A DNA stretch of 64,000 nucleotides from Candidatus Shapirobacteria bacterium. Its GTDB lineage: Bacteria > Patescibacteriota > Microgenomatia > UBA12405 > BS750m-G30. A model generated the notes under the pieces. It saw only the letters and a program-made list of their open reading frames with translations, was not told the origin of the DNA and ran no database searches. Positions 27,796-37,216 of the stretch are shown in pieces (the first letter of the stretch is position 1; the number at the start of each line of letters is the position of its first letter). Location: the NCBI GenBank assembly GCA_043817235.1, contig JBDRHA010000006.1, positions 10,041-74,040 on the forward strand. The letters are read 5' to 3'. A program made the translations under genes and the position numbers.

Positions 27796-28362
27796 ATGAA
27801 GAGGAGAAATAGACAAAGATGCCTTATTTTAATAGACGGCAGCAATTTCTACTTTAAGCTCAAAGAAATAAAACTTCAAAATCTTCTTGAATTTGATTTT
27901 TATAGATTTTCTGAAATGCTAGCAAGAAGGAAAGGGGAAGTAGCTCAGGCTACATATTATGTTGGCAGAATTCGCACAGATGGAACGGCAAAAACAAAAC
28001 GTTTGTTTAATGACCAAAGAAAGCTTTTGGCCCACTTAAAAAAATGTAAATTTTCCTACTCTCTTGGATATTTGATGAAAACAGATGGAAAATACCACGA
28101 AAAAGGAGTGGATGTTAATATTGCCGTAGATATACTGGTCTCGACGTATGAAAATTTGAGTGATAGGATAATTGTTGTTTCGTCAGATACGGATTTATTA
28201 CCAGCAATCCAAAAGGCAAAGGAAAAAGGTAAAATTGTGGAATATATTGGTTTTTCTCACCGGCCGAGTGTTGCTATGGTAGCTACTTGTTCTGTTTCTC
28301 GTCTTTTAGGGAGAGAAGATCTTGAAAAATTTACCAAAAGAAGAAACAAAAAAAGCCTGTGA
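27796..28362 (+). CDS. NYN-domain (LabA/DUF88) protein
   Basis: LIDGSNFY, EKGVDVNIAVD, SSDTDLLP. Confidence 0.88.
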   Translation: MKRRNRQRCLILIDGSNFYFKLKEIKLQNLLEFDFYRFSEMLARRKGEVAQATYYVGRIRTDGTAKTKRLFNDQRKLLAHLKKCKFSYSLGYLMKTDGKYHEKGVDVNIAVDILVSTYENLSDRIIVVSSDTDLLPAIQKAKEKGKIVEYIGFSHRPSVAMVATCSVSRLLGREDLEKFTKRRNKKSL

Positions 28363-28383
28363 AGACCTTGCGGCGTCACAGGC
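28348..28383 (-). terminator. Intrinsic terminator-like hairpin with U-tract on the minus strand
   Basis: GCCTGTGA..TCACAGGC followed by T7. Confidence 0.6.
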
Positions 28384-28462
28384 GGTTTTAGTAATTGAAT
28401 ATATCATGAAAAAAGCTTATTTGTCAATGAATATAAAATAATTGTCGCATATAATTAAAAAA

Positions 28463-29692
28463 ATGAAAGTTGAGCAATTTAGTTTAAAAAACGGCCTGAA
28501 TGTTTTTTTAGTTCCCCAAAAAGAAGCGACTTCAGTAGCTGTCCAATTATTAGTTGCGGCTGGTTCGAAAAACGAAAAAAAAGGCAATTACGGTTTGGCT
28601 CATTTTTTGGAGCATATGGCTTTTAAGGGTACTAAAAAATGGCCGACGGCTAAAATTTTGGCTAAAATTTTGGACAGTTCCGGAGCAGTTTATAATGCTT
28701 CCACTGGTAAGGAAGGGACTGATTACTGGATTAGAGTTACTCCCAAAAAGCTGGATCTGGCTTTGGAAATCATCTCCCAGATGCTTATTCATGCTTTGCT
28801 TCCCTCTCCCGAGCTTGAAGTGGAGCGGGGAGTAATTATTGAGGAAATGAATATGTATCAAGATCAGCCGCGGGATCTGGTGGGCGATTATTTTGAAGAA
28901 CAGCTTTTCGGAAAAAACGCTTTGGGTCGGGCGATTATTGGCAAAAAGAAGGACATTTTAAGGGTAAAAGCCCAGGACTTTTTGGATTTTAAAAAGCAGT
29001 GGTATTTGGGCTCTAATATGAGCTTGGCTGTAGTGGGCGCTATTCCTGATTTAAAAAAAGTCAGGCAGAATATCAAAAAATTGTACGACGTAATCGAAAA
29101 AGGAGAAGTAGAAAGACTAGAAATAGGGGCAGAGTCCAAAAAAGAAGAAATCTTTTGGCAAAAAAAGAAAGCAGAGCAAACGCATTTTGTTTTAGGCTTT
29201 CCTGGAGTAACAGTTACAGACGAGCGCAAATGGGCTTTAGAGATACTGATGGCTATTTTGGGCCAGGGCATGAGCTCTCGGCTTTGGGAGGAAGTTCGAG
29301 AGAAAAGGGGACTGGCTTATTATGTTTATTCTTTTTACGGAAATATGGAAACAACGGGGTGTTTTGGTGCGGCCGCAGGCGTAAAGAATCAATCCTCAAA
29401 GCTGGCTATTGAGCTGGTGAAAGATGAGTTTGTAAAGCTTACGAAAAATTTAACTAAAGAAGAGGTTACGCGGGCCAAAACAATGTCGAATGGGCAGTTT
29501 TTAATTTCTGTTGAAAGTCCTTTAAAAGTGGCAATGCTCTTAAACGGCCATTGGCTGAATGTGGGGAAAGTGATGACTCCGGAAGATCTTATTAAAAGAT
29601 CAAATAAAGTTACTTTTGATGAGGTGAGAAAAGTGGCTAAAGAGCTTATTGATCTTTCTGATCTTCGAGGAGCGGTGATTGGCCCTCGTTGA
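28463..29692 (+). CDS. M16-family zinc peptidase
   Basis: GLAHFLEHMAFKGT (HxxEH); SSRLWEEVREKRGLAY. Confidence 0.92.
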   Translation: MKVEQFSLKNGLNVFLVPQKEATSVAVQLLVAAGSKNEKKGNYGLAHFLEHMAFKGTKKWPTAKILAKILDSSGAVYNASTGKEGTDYWIRVTPKKLDLALEIISQMLIHALLPSPELEVERGVIIEEMNMYQDQPRDLVGDYFEEQLFGKNALGRAIIGKKKDILRVKAQDFLDFKKQWYLGSNMSLAVVGAIPDLKKVRQNIKKLYDVIEKGEVERLEIGAESKKEEIFWQKKKAEQTHFVLGFPGVTVTDERKWALEILMAILGQGMSSRLWEEVREKRGLAYYVYSFYGNMETTGCFGAAAGVKNQSSKLAIELVKDEFVKLTKNLTKEEVTRAKTMSNGQFLISVESPLKVAMLLNGHWLNVGKVMTPEDLIKRSNKVTFDEVRKVAKELIDLSDLRGAVIGPR

Positions 29693-29852
29693 GGTAAATA
29701 ATCCTTCCTTGTTTAATAGCAATAGCTTCGGCCAAATTGTGCTCGTGAGGATTTTTTCCTTCAATTATATCTTGCACTCCCGCCAGTTCTTTGCAAGGAT
29801 TTAAGCGCACAGCACGACCTCTCCAGTTTAAGGGAATATGTTCAGCGGACAT
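29646..29852 (-). CDS. Possible small hypothetical protein
   Basis: Start overlaps the upstream stop, but the 3' end overlaps the peptidase gene. Confidence 0.3.
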   Translation of the reverse strand: MSAEHIPLNWRGRAVRLNPCKELAGVQDIIEGKNPHEHNLAEAIAIKQGRIIYLNEGQSPLLEDQKDQ

Positions 29853-30198
29853 GATTGGTTTTGATTACTTTAATAAACCAGTAAAATAAATAGCTAAGAG
29901 CGAAAAGCGAAAAACTTAAAGCCAGAGAATCTAAATATTTTAGACCCGATCCCAGAATACTGGGCAGGGGGATATTAAAAAAATATTTTAAAACTAAATA
30001 AATTGCGCTAAATGAAAAAGCAAAAATCAGCGGGCCGCTTAAAGCGAATACTATTAAACTTATTTGGGAAAAATCTTTTTTATTAAAAATCCTATTTAAG
30101 GTTAAAAAGGGATGAAATATTAGTCCCAAAAGATTAACCAAAAGCAGATAAATCTCTTTAATAAAAATTAAAAAGCTTAATTTAATTATTCTCCCCAT
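29842..30198 (-). CDS. Small membrane protein downstream of the ECF sigma factor
   Basis: Three hydrophobic segments. Confidence 0.55.
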   Translation of the reverse strand: MGRIIKLSFLIFIKEIYLLLVNLLGLIFHPFLTLNRIFNKKDFSQISLIVFALSGPLIFAFSFSAIYLVLKYFFNIPLPSILGSGLKYLDSLALSFSLFALSYLFYWFIKVIKTNHVR

Positions 30199-30206
30199 CT
30201 ACTAAT

Positions 30207-30752
30207 TTAGTCGTTAGTTTTAAGCAATATCCTTCGCAACAAGCGGCGGGCGCGGGACAAGGCGGACTCAACGGCTTTGGGAGAAGTGGCTAATTTTACG
30301 GCAATTTCTTTAATTGAATATTCTTTAAAATATTTTAATCTAATTAGCTTTTGGTAGCGTTTAGGCAGGCGTTCTAATATCTTTATTATTTCTTGTTTAA
30401 GCTCGCTTTTTAAGGCCTCTTCTTCCGGCGTTAGTGCTTTGCTTGCCAATACTTCTAAAAAAGGAAAATGGGAAAAAAGAATGGTTTTAATTCTTTTTTT
30501 TCGATAATAGTCGGCAATTTCGTGCTTGGCAATGCTAATTAAAAAAGTAGAAAGTGAACATTGAAATTGAAAATTAGATAAAGAATTATGAGCGGCCCAA
30601 AAAGTGTCCTGAACTATTTCTTCGGCGTCTTTCGGATTATCGATTCGGCCAAGAACATAGTTAGTTACTTTTTTTTCAAATTTTTGATAAAAAATTATGC
30701 TTGCGCCGGGCTTTTTTTGAAGAATTTGATTAATTAGTTTTTTTTCGATCAC
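30207..30752 (-). CDS. ECF-type sigma-70 factor
   Basis: DAEEIVQDTF region 2; LPKRYQKLIRLKY..SIKEIA..VESALSRARR region 4. Confidence 0.88.
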   Translation of the reverse strand: MIEKKLINQILQKKPGASIIFYQKFEKKVTNYVLGRIDNPKDAEEIVQDTFWAAHNSLSNFQFQCSLSTFLISIAKHEIADYYRKKRIKTILFSHFPFLEVLASKALTPEEEALKSELKQEIIKILERLPKRYQKLIRLKYFKEYSIKEIAVKLATSPKAVESALSRARRLLRRILLKTND

Positions 30753-30778
30753 TATTTTATATTATAATAGCTTTAACA

Positions 30779-31348
30779 GTGAAAAATAAAAAAGCTTATT
30801 GGCAGCAGAGTGTAGTATTAATCAAGCCCGATGGGGTAGCCAGAGGGCTAATTGGCGAGATAATCTCTCGGTTTGAAAAAGTGGGCTTGAAAATGACTGC
30901 TTGCAAGTTAGTGGTGATTCCTCGGGAAATAGCTTTTAAACATTATGGCTATAATGATGAGTGGTTTGAGAATGTGGGAAAAAAAGTAATGGAATTTTAT
31001 AAAGAGCACGGAAAAGATCCCAACGAAGAGCTGGGAACCATGAAGTCTAAAGAGATTGGCAAAATGGTTCAGGAGTGGAACGTGAATTACTTAACTTACG
31101 GTCCGGTTTTGGCTATGATTTGGGAAGGCCAGCACGCCATAGAAGTAATAAGAAAGATTGTTGGCTCCACGTATCCAAATCAGTCAGCTCCGGGAACCAT
31201 AAGAGGAGATTACGCTTTTGACTCGCCCTTAATTTCGAATTCGGAAAAAAGATCAGTTTTTAACTTGATTCATGCTTCAGGAAAAGAAGAAGAGGCAAAA
31301 TTGGAGATTGAGCTTTGGTTTAAAAAGGAAGAGATTTGTAGGTATTAA
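30779..31348 (+). CDS. ndk: Nucleoside diphosphate kinase
   Basis: IKPDGVARGLIGEII, PGTIRGD, NLIHAS. Confidence 0.93.
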   Translation: MKNKKAYWQQSVVLIKPDGVARGLIGEIISRFEKVGLKMTACKLVVIPREIAFKHYGYNDEWFENVGKKVMEFYKEHGKDPNEELGTMKSKEIGKMVQEWNVNYLTYGPVLAMIWEGQHAIEVIRKIVGSTYPNQSAPGTIRGDYAFDSPLISNSEKRSVFNLIHASGKEEEAKLEIELWFKKEEICRY

Positions 31349-31474
31349 GATTGTCAACCTCGGGGGTTAATTGCCCTTGCAACATCGGGAGAACCCCCAG
31401 TCTTGCGCTTACCTGCCCGCCATCCGGCCTAAGCCGTCAGGCGCTGGCAGGCGGGGGATGCGCTCTTTTCCTTG

Positions 31475-31546
31475 TGCCCCCGAAAGGAATCGAACCTTTA
31501 TCTGTCGCTTAGGAGGCAACTGCTCTATCCATTAAGCTACGGGAGC
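31475..31546 (-). tRNA. tRNA-Arg(CCT)
   Basis: GCTCCCG..CGGGGGC acceptor stem; CT-CCT-AA loop; GGTTCGATTCC. Confidence 0.92.
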
Positions 31547-31573
31547 GATAGGCCTATTATTATAGCTCAAAAA

Positions 31574-32845
31574 TCACCTGATGGTGACACCGTAGAGATT
31601 GGGAGGCAGGTGAGGATGCAGACTAGTTAAGACAATAAGTTTATTGCCGTCAGGTGAGGGGAAGGCATACCCATTTTCAAAAGGCCCGGCAAAGACCGTA
31701 ATTTTGTTGGTGGCTTCTGCTTCAATTACTTTAACCTGATTATCTTCTAAAAAGAGCAAGTGATTATTGGTGCTTAGCCAGTAAACAGGAGATTGGGTTT
31801 GGGCCAAGTACCGGATTAGCAGATTTTCTTTGTTTTCTAAATTCTCTAAATTAATTCCTATTTTGTTTGCCTCGCCCATAAAGAAGTTAGTGTCGTCTTC
31901 CAGCTGGTAAATATAAACTCTTCCTCTTTTAATTTCTCTTTCTTCTGCTTGGGTGGAGCGGGCTGGCGGATGGACAATTAAGTTATTAGGAATACTGGCG
32001 TCTTGGCTGGCAAGATAATAAAGTCTTTTTTGGTTTGGTGAAAAAGTGATTAATTGGGCGGAATTGCTGGCAACTTCGGCGAGCTCAGGAGGCAGTTTTT
32101 CTAAATTTCTACCAAGCTGCTGATCAAGCTCGTCCTGCCAGGTGCTTAAAGTAAAGTTTAATTGCAACACTTCGTTTCTAAGCTCATCTTGGCCGGTAAG
32201 CCCATCACTAGGGAGGCGGTAAACAGAGGAAGGATTGTCTAGCGGGCCAAAAATAGCCAAAACCTGGGTGGAATCCGGGCTCCAGACTAAAACAGCTTTT
32301 GACCAGTCTAAAAAGTTTACCGGAGCCACCAGCTGGCGAGTATTGTTTCTGAATAAACCCAAGCCGCTTTCATCAATGCGGGAAACCCATAAACCGTTTT
32401 TGGTTTCCGCCGAAGCGCTGGCTACGGCATAAACAATTTTTAGGCCATCCGGAGAAAGAGTCGGATTAGCCGCGCCGGTATTGGTAAGAGTGGTTAAATC
32501 AGGGGCGGAGCGGAAAAGATAGGCGTCGGTTTGGAAAACCACCTCTTTTTTGATAGTTGCATTTTTCTCCCAAGGAAGATAGCCGTCTTTGACCAGTTTT
32601 ATTTGGTATTCGCCGGGGTTCAGGTTAATCGTATCATCCGTTGCCGTTACTAGTTTATCGTCTATATAAACTAAGGCTCCTTTAGGAAGAGAAGTAGCGG
32701 CCAGTAATCCGGTGGGCAAAAAGCCGCCGTTTTTTATATCGGGCCGATAACCCCTAATGAAAAAAGAAATAAGGGTAGTGCCGATTAAAACAAAGGTCAA
32801 AACTCCGGCAATAACGAAGGCGGGTTTAAATTGCTTAAGCTTCAT
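31574..32845 (-). CDS. PEGA-domain protein with beta-propeller-like repeats
   Basis: TSLPKGALVYID..PGEYQIKLVKDGYLPW; SPDG/WSPD repeats. Confidence 0.8.
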   Translation of the reverse strand: MKLKQFKPAFVIAGVLTFVLIGTTLISFFIRGYRPDIKNGGFLPTGLLAATSLPKGALVYIDDKLVTATDDTINLNPGEYQIKLVKDGYLPWEKNATIKKEVVFQTDAYLFRSAPDLTTLTNTGAANPTLSPDGLKIVYAVASASAETKNGLWVSRIDESGLGLFRNNTRQLVAPVNFLDWSKAVLVWSPDSTQVLAIFGPLDNPSSVYRLPSDGLTGQDELRNEVLQLNFTLSTWQDELDQQLGRNLEKLPPELAEVASNSAQLITFSPNQKRLYYLASQDASIPNNLIVHPPARSTQAEEREIKRGRVYIYQLEDDTNFFMGEANKIGINLENLENKENLLIRYLAQTQSPVYWLSTNNHLLFLEDNQVKVIEAEATNKITVFAGPFENGYAFPSPDGNKLIVLTSLHPHLPPNLYGVTIR

Positions 32846-32892
32846 TGTGAATTGGGTATATGATAACAAATTTAAGGACTAAATTCTTTAGG

Positions 32893-33054
32893 AGATCCTT
32901 CGGCTACGCTCAGGATGACGAAGAGAGTGTCATTGCGAGAGCTTTGACTTGCACACACCCGGTGTGGTTCGGGTCACACCGGGTGTGTGGCGATCCCGTT
33001 GAGATTGCCATGTCAGTCGCCCCGTAGCTGCAAGGCTCCTTCCTCGCAATGACA
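32893..33054. repeat. REP cluster with a nested family B palindrome
   Basis: CGCTCAGGATGAC; GTCATTGCGAG..[32952-32989]..CTCGCAATGAC. Confidence 0.9.
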
Positions 33055-33121
33055 GGGAGTTGTTGGTATAATGATTTTAGTTCAAAATTAACACTATCCA
33101 ATATAATCATAGTATATCAAA

Positions 33122-34132
33122 ATGGCATTAAGTAAGCAGTTAGCGATCGACTTAGGCACGGCTAATTGTTTGGTCTGGGAAATTGGCAAGGGGTTGGTAA
33201 TCAACGAGCCGACGGTCGTGGCTGTTACTCTGGAAGAAAGAAAAGTTTTGGCCGTAGGCAAGGAGGCAAAAGAAATGCTGGGCCGCACTCCTGAATACAT
33301 TGAGGTAGCTCGGCCAATGCGCGAGGGAGTAATTGCTGATTACCAAGTAACCGAGTCTATGCTTCGCTGGTTTATTCGCCAAACCGGAACTGGCATATTG
33401 AGTTTTTTTAAGCCGGAAGTGATGGTTTGCGTGCCTACAGGAGTGACCCAAGTAGAGCAAAGAGCGGTTTTGGATGCGGCTTTAAGCGCCGGGGCCCGGG
33501 TGGCTTATTTAATTGACTCGCCCTTGGCGGCGGCAATTGGAGCTGGTATTCCTATCAGTTTGGCGGCCGGCAATATGATTGTGGATATTGGTGGCGGAGC
33601 GTGTGAAGCGGCAGTAATCGCCTTAGGAGGAGTAGTGGTTCATAAAAGTGTTCGGGTGGCGGGCAATAAACTGGATGAGGCCATTATTAATTGGCTGAAA
33701 AAAAATCATAATATTGTTGTTGGCGATCAAACGGCCGAGCAAATAAAAATCGAAATTGGTACAGCTCTGCCCAGTAAAAGCAAAGAAAAGAAGATGGCTA
33801 TCCGCGGGCGGGATTCGGTCTCCGGCTTGCCGCGAAAAGTTGACTTGGCTTCTGTTCAAGTTAATGAGGCTATAAATGAGCCCTTAGCAGAGATTTTAAG
33901 TGCTGTTCGCGGGGTTTTAGAAAAGACGCCGCCAGAGTTGGTTGCTGATATTGTAGATAAAGGGATTATTCTTTCCGGCGGAACAGCACTATTAAATAAC
34001 CTAGATAAATTTTTAACAAGACAGATAGGAGTTTCTTTTCATGTGGCTCAAGAGCCGCTTCTTTGCACTGTTAAGGGAACGGCTATTGCTTTAGAGAACC
34101 TAGAAGAGTACAAGAGCTCTTTAAGATTTTAA
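33122..34132 (+). CDS. mreB: Rod shape-determining actin MreB
   Basis: AIDLGTAN, RPMREGVIAD, VDIGGG, LSGGTALL. Confidence 0.93.
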   Translation: MALSKQLAIDLGTANCLVWEIGKGLVINEPTVVAVTLEERKVLAVGKEAKEMLGRTPEYIEVARPMREGVIADYQVTESMLRWFIRQTGTGILSFFKPEVMVCVPTGVTQVEQRAVLDAALSAGARVAYLIDSPLAAAIGAGIPISLAAGNMIVDIGGGACEAAVIALGGVVVHKSVRVAGNKLDEAIINWLKKNHNIVVGDQTAEQIKIEIGTALPSKSKEKKMAIRGRDSVSGLPRKVDLASVQVNEAINEPLAEILSAVRGVLEKTPPELVADIVDKGIILSGGTALLNNLDKFLTRQIGVSFHVAQEPLLCTVKGTAIALENLEEYKSSLRF

Positions 34133-35601
34133 ATCCTATATAGATAAGAGTGCTAAAAGTATATTATATGCATTTTGAATATTAATAACCTCTTATAGTA
34201 TAAAGATAATTAATTTAAAACATTATTTAAGAATAATAAAGAGTATTAGTAGATTATTTACATCTTTATGAATAATATAAAAATAATTTAGAGCAAAATA
34301 TTTATACTAAAAAGGAAAAATATTGTTTCAGGCCTGAAGATATTCATATCTTATAGAAAAGATAGCGAAAAACTATGTTAAGAAGAATAATATTATTAGC
34401 ATAATTAGATTATTATAGGAAAGATTAAGAGAATTTTAGTTAATTTATTAAAGTATTAATAAAATATATCTCTTGAAAAAAGTTAAAATAATTAAAAAAT
34501 TATCAAAATAATTTAGTAGACCTAGAGAAAGTATAAATAAGGATGCGAAAATAGTGAAAAGATTATCGTTAATTAGAAAAATCTTATCTTAAAGACAAAA
34601 AAATGACCCAGAAAGGCCATTCTCTTGGGTTAGAATACTCGTAAAGAATGGGTAAAAAACTATATTTTATTCCTTTAGCAAAGCATACAAAGCTCTGATA
34701 AGTTCACCTGCGTTCTAATATTATATTTCCTATCTATAGGGATTTTATTGTAAATAGTCTTGTTTCGTGCCTGAGCGGGAAGACGCTGGGTTTTCATAAG
34801 AAAGAAGAATCAAAAAACCAAAAAGAATAGTTAGTTCTTTTAAAAGATTTAATGCGGAAAATATTTTTGCTTTTTTTTAGCACACGGCCAGGAAAGCAAA
34901 AAATATTCGGTATATGGCTTATTATGGCCCACTAGAGCGGTGCTGAGCAGCTTTGAGCTTCTTTGACTACTTGAGTAGAGGTAATTTCCTTAAGTTAACA
35001 ACTCTAAAATAATCTTGAGGGCTTAGCAAGAAAAGCAGTTCTTTGATAAATTTCAGGATAAAAGCATAATTGGAGGTGAGAAATAAGTGGTGAATAGATA
35101 GTGGATAGGGATAAATATCTGAAGTTTTTTTTGCCTTACCCCAGGCGTATTTTTTTGGTGATTCAGGAGAGATTTAAGAGTGATGTAGGGTGTGATTAAG
35201 ATGTAGGCAAAAGAGCCGCTGAATTTCTTTGTTGCCTTGAAAAATACAGAAAAAGCCCTTTTTTTCCATTGATAGTTTTTTATATCTTTTAATTATCAGT
35301 ATAGTCTTTTAATAGCCAAAGATAGGGGGAGTTATATTAGCAATTTCAACTTTTCACGAAGCATGCACTCGGGGTTAGGATAAATAAAATATTATCGCAG
35401 GTTATCCGATTGTGTAGCAGTGTATGCCTAAATATGTAAAATAGATTGTGAAAATAGACTAAAATATTTTTCGCAAAATAATTATTAAATCAACCATGCT
35501 TTTAAAAACTAGTTCTTGACATGCTAACAGATGATTTGTTATTGTTGTTTTAATAAAGACATTCATTGTTATAAATAATAGTAGAAAATTAAAAGAAGAA
35601 A

Positions 35602-35817
35602 ATGACGCAAGAAAAAAAAGAAATTTCTCTAGAAAATCTTCCTGATTTATTGACTGTTAGAGAAGTGGCGGAATTGCTCCGAGTTTCTCCCTTAACAGTA
35701 AAGCGCTGGGGGAATAGAGGAAAGTTAGTGCCGATCCGAATAAATGCTCGAGGCGACAGGCGATACCGCAAGGAGCAGGTTTTATATTTACTAGGAATGT
35801 ATCAAAAAGAAGAATAG
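35602..35817 (+). CDS. BldC/excisionase-like MerR-type HTH DNA-binding protein
   Basis: LLTVREVAELLRVSPLTVKRW..GKL..GDRRY; TTGACA-18-TATTGT at 35516-35545. Confidence 0.85.
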   Translation: MTQEKKEISLENLPDLLTVREVAELLRVSPLTVKRWGNRGKLVPIRINARGDRRYRKEQVLYLLGMYQKEE

Positions 35818-35859
35818 TTTATTAGTTGCCAAATAAATAAAAAAGGACTAAATTAGTTT

Positions 35860-36813
35860 ATGGGCAAAATCCAAATAATTTCTGGAAGTGCCCATCCCAG
35901 GCTCGCTCGCCAAATTTGCTCCTATTTAAAAATAAAGTTAACTCCTGTACAAATTGAACATTTCGCTGATGGCGAAATTTACGTTAAGATCAAAAATAAG
36001 GTGCGAGGCGATGATGTGTTTATCATTCAAAGCATGGCGCCGCCAATCAATGACCACTTAATGGAGCTTTTGATTATGATTGATGCTTTAAAAAGAGCTT
36101 CGGCCGATAGGATTAATGTGGTTTGCCCTTATTTATGCTACTCTCGACAAGAGAGGAAGGCCAGCTCGCGGGAACCGATTAGTGCCAAGCTCGTGGCCGA
36201 TTTAATTACCAAAGCCGGCGCAACCCGCCTGCTGACAGTGGACTTGCATGCGGACGCAATTCAGGGTTTTTATGATATTCCCGTAGATCACTTTGTTGGA
36301 TACCCAAAGTTTGTCGAGTATTTGGAAAAAAAGAAATATAAAGATTTAGTAGTAGTTTCGCCGGACGTGGGGGGAATGAAAAGAGGAAGAGCAATGGCCA
36401 AACTGTTAAATGTCCCTTTGGCGGTAATTGATAAAAGGCGGCCGCGAAAGAATAGGGCCGAGGTGTTGGCGATTATCGGCGAAATTAAAAACAAAACGTG
36501 CATAGTGCTAGACGATATAATTGATACTGCGGGCACGATTAGTAACGTGACTCAGGTTTTAAAAGATCGGGGAGCCAAAGAAGTAATTATTTGTGCCACT
36601 CATGCCCTTTTTTCCGGTGAAGCTTGCAAGAAAATTAATGGCTGTCCGGCTTCCAAAGTCCTGCTTTTAGATACTCTGCCCCTGGCTAAAGAAAAGCAGT
36701 CGGAAAAAGTGGAAATTATTTCTCTGGCTAAGCTTTTTTCCAAGATAATCAGAAGAATTCACTCCGGCCGCTCCTTAGGCGCGCTTTTTGATTGGGAAAG
36801 CAAGATAAAATAA
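35860..36813 (+). CDS. prs: Ribose-phosphate pyrophosphokinase
   Basis: FADGE, YSRQERK, DLHA, VSPDVGG, DDIIDTAGT. Confidence 0.95.
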   Translation: MGKIQIISGSAHPRLARQICSYLKIKLTPVQIEHFADGEIYVKIKNKVRGDDVFIIQSMAPPINDHLMELLIMIDALKRASADRINVVCPYLCYSRQERKASSREPISAKLVADLITKAGATRLLTVDLHADAIQGFYDIPVDHFVGYPKFVEYLEKKKYKDLVVVSPDVGGMKRGRAMAKLLNVPLAVIDKRRPRKNRAEVLAIIGEIKNKTCIVLDDIIDTAGTISNVTQVLKDRGAKEVIICATHALFSGEACKKINGCPASKVLLLDTLPLAKEKQSEKVEIISLAKLFSKIIRRIHSGRSLGALFDWESKIK

Positions 36814-36849
36814 GAATATTAATACACAGACGCAGTGTGGGGGTTGATA

Positions 36850-37066
36850 GTCATCCCGAGTGCATCCCGAGGGATCTTTGGAATTAAGAAATCTCTCCTT
36901 TAACAAGATCCCTCGGGATGCACTCGGGATGACGAGAAACATGTCATTGCGAGCCCCAAAGGGGCGTGGCAATCTTGCTTTCCCAATGGGATTGCCGCGT
37001 CAGTCGCTTCGCTTCCTTCCTGGCAATGACACTCTTTCTGTCATCCTCGTGAAGGCGAAGGATCTA
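36850..37066. repeat. REP cluster
   Basis: GTCATCCCGAGTGCATCCCGAGGGATC..GATCCCTCGGGATGCACTCGGGATGAC; GTCATTGCGAG..GCAATGAC. Confidence 0.9.
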
Positions 37067-37216
37067 TAAAAATTGCTCGCACTATATAATATGTTATAGT
37101 ATAGTTATTGGGACTTGAACAATTGCGTTCAACGTCCACAAAGCACGTTTAAATCGAGAGAGACCCCCCCTCTCTCGGTTCTCTACTAAATAGAATATGC
37201 TAATATCTTCTTATCA

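Noticed and set aside
34133-35600. Replication origin
   Set aside because: No clear TTATCCACA box cluster and no dnaA/dnaN nearby; kept only as an unexplained region
35602-35817. Prophage excisionase
   Set aside because: No integrase or phage genes nearby; flanked by mreB and prs
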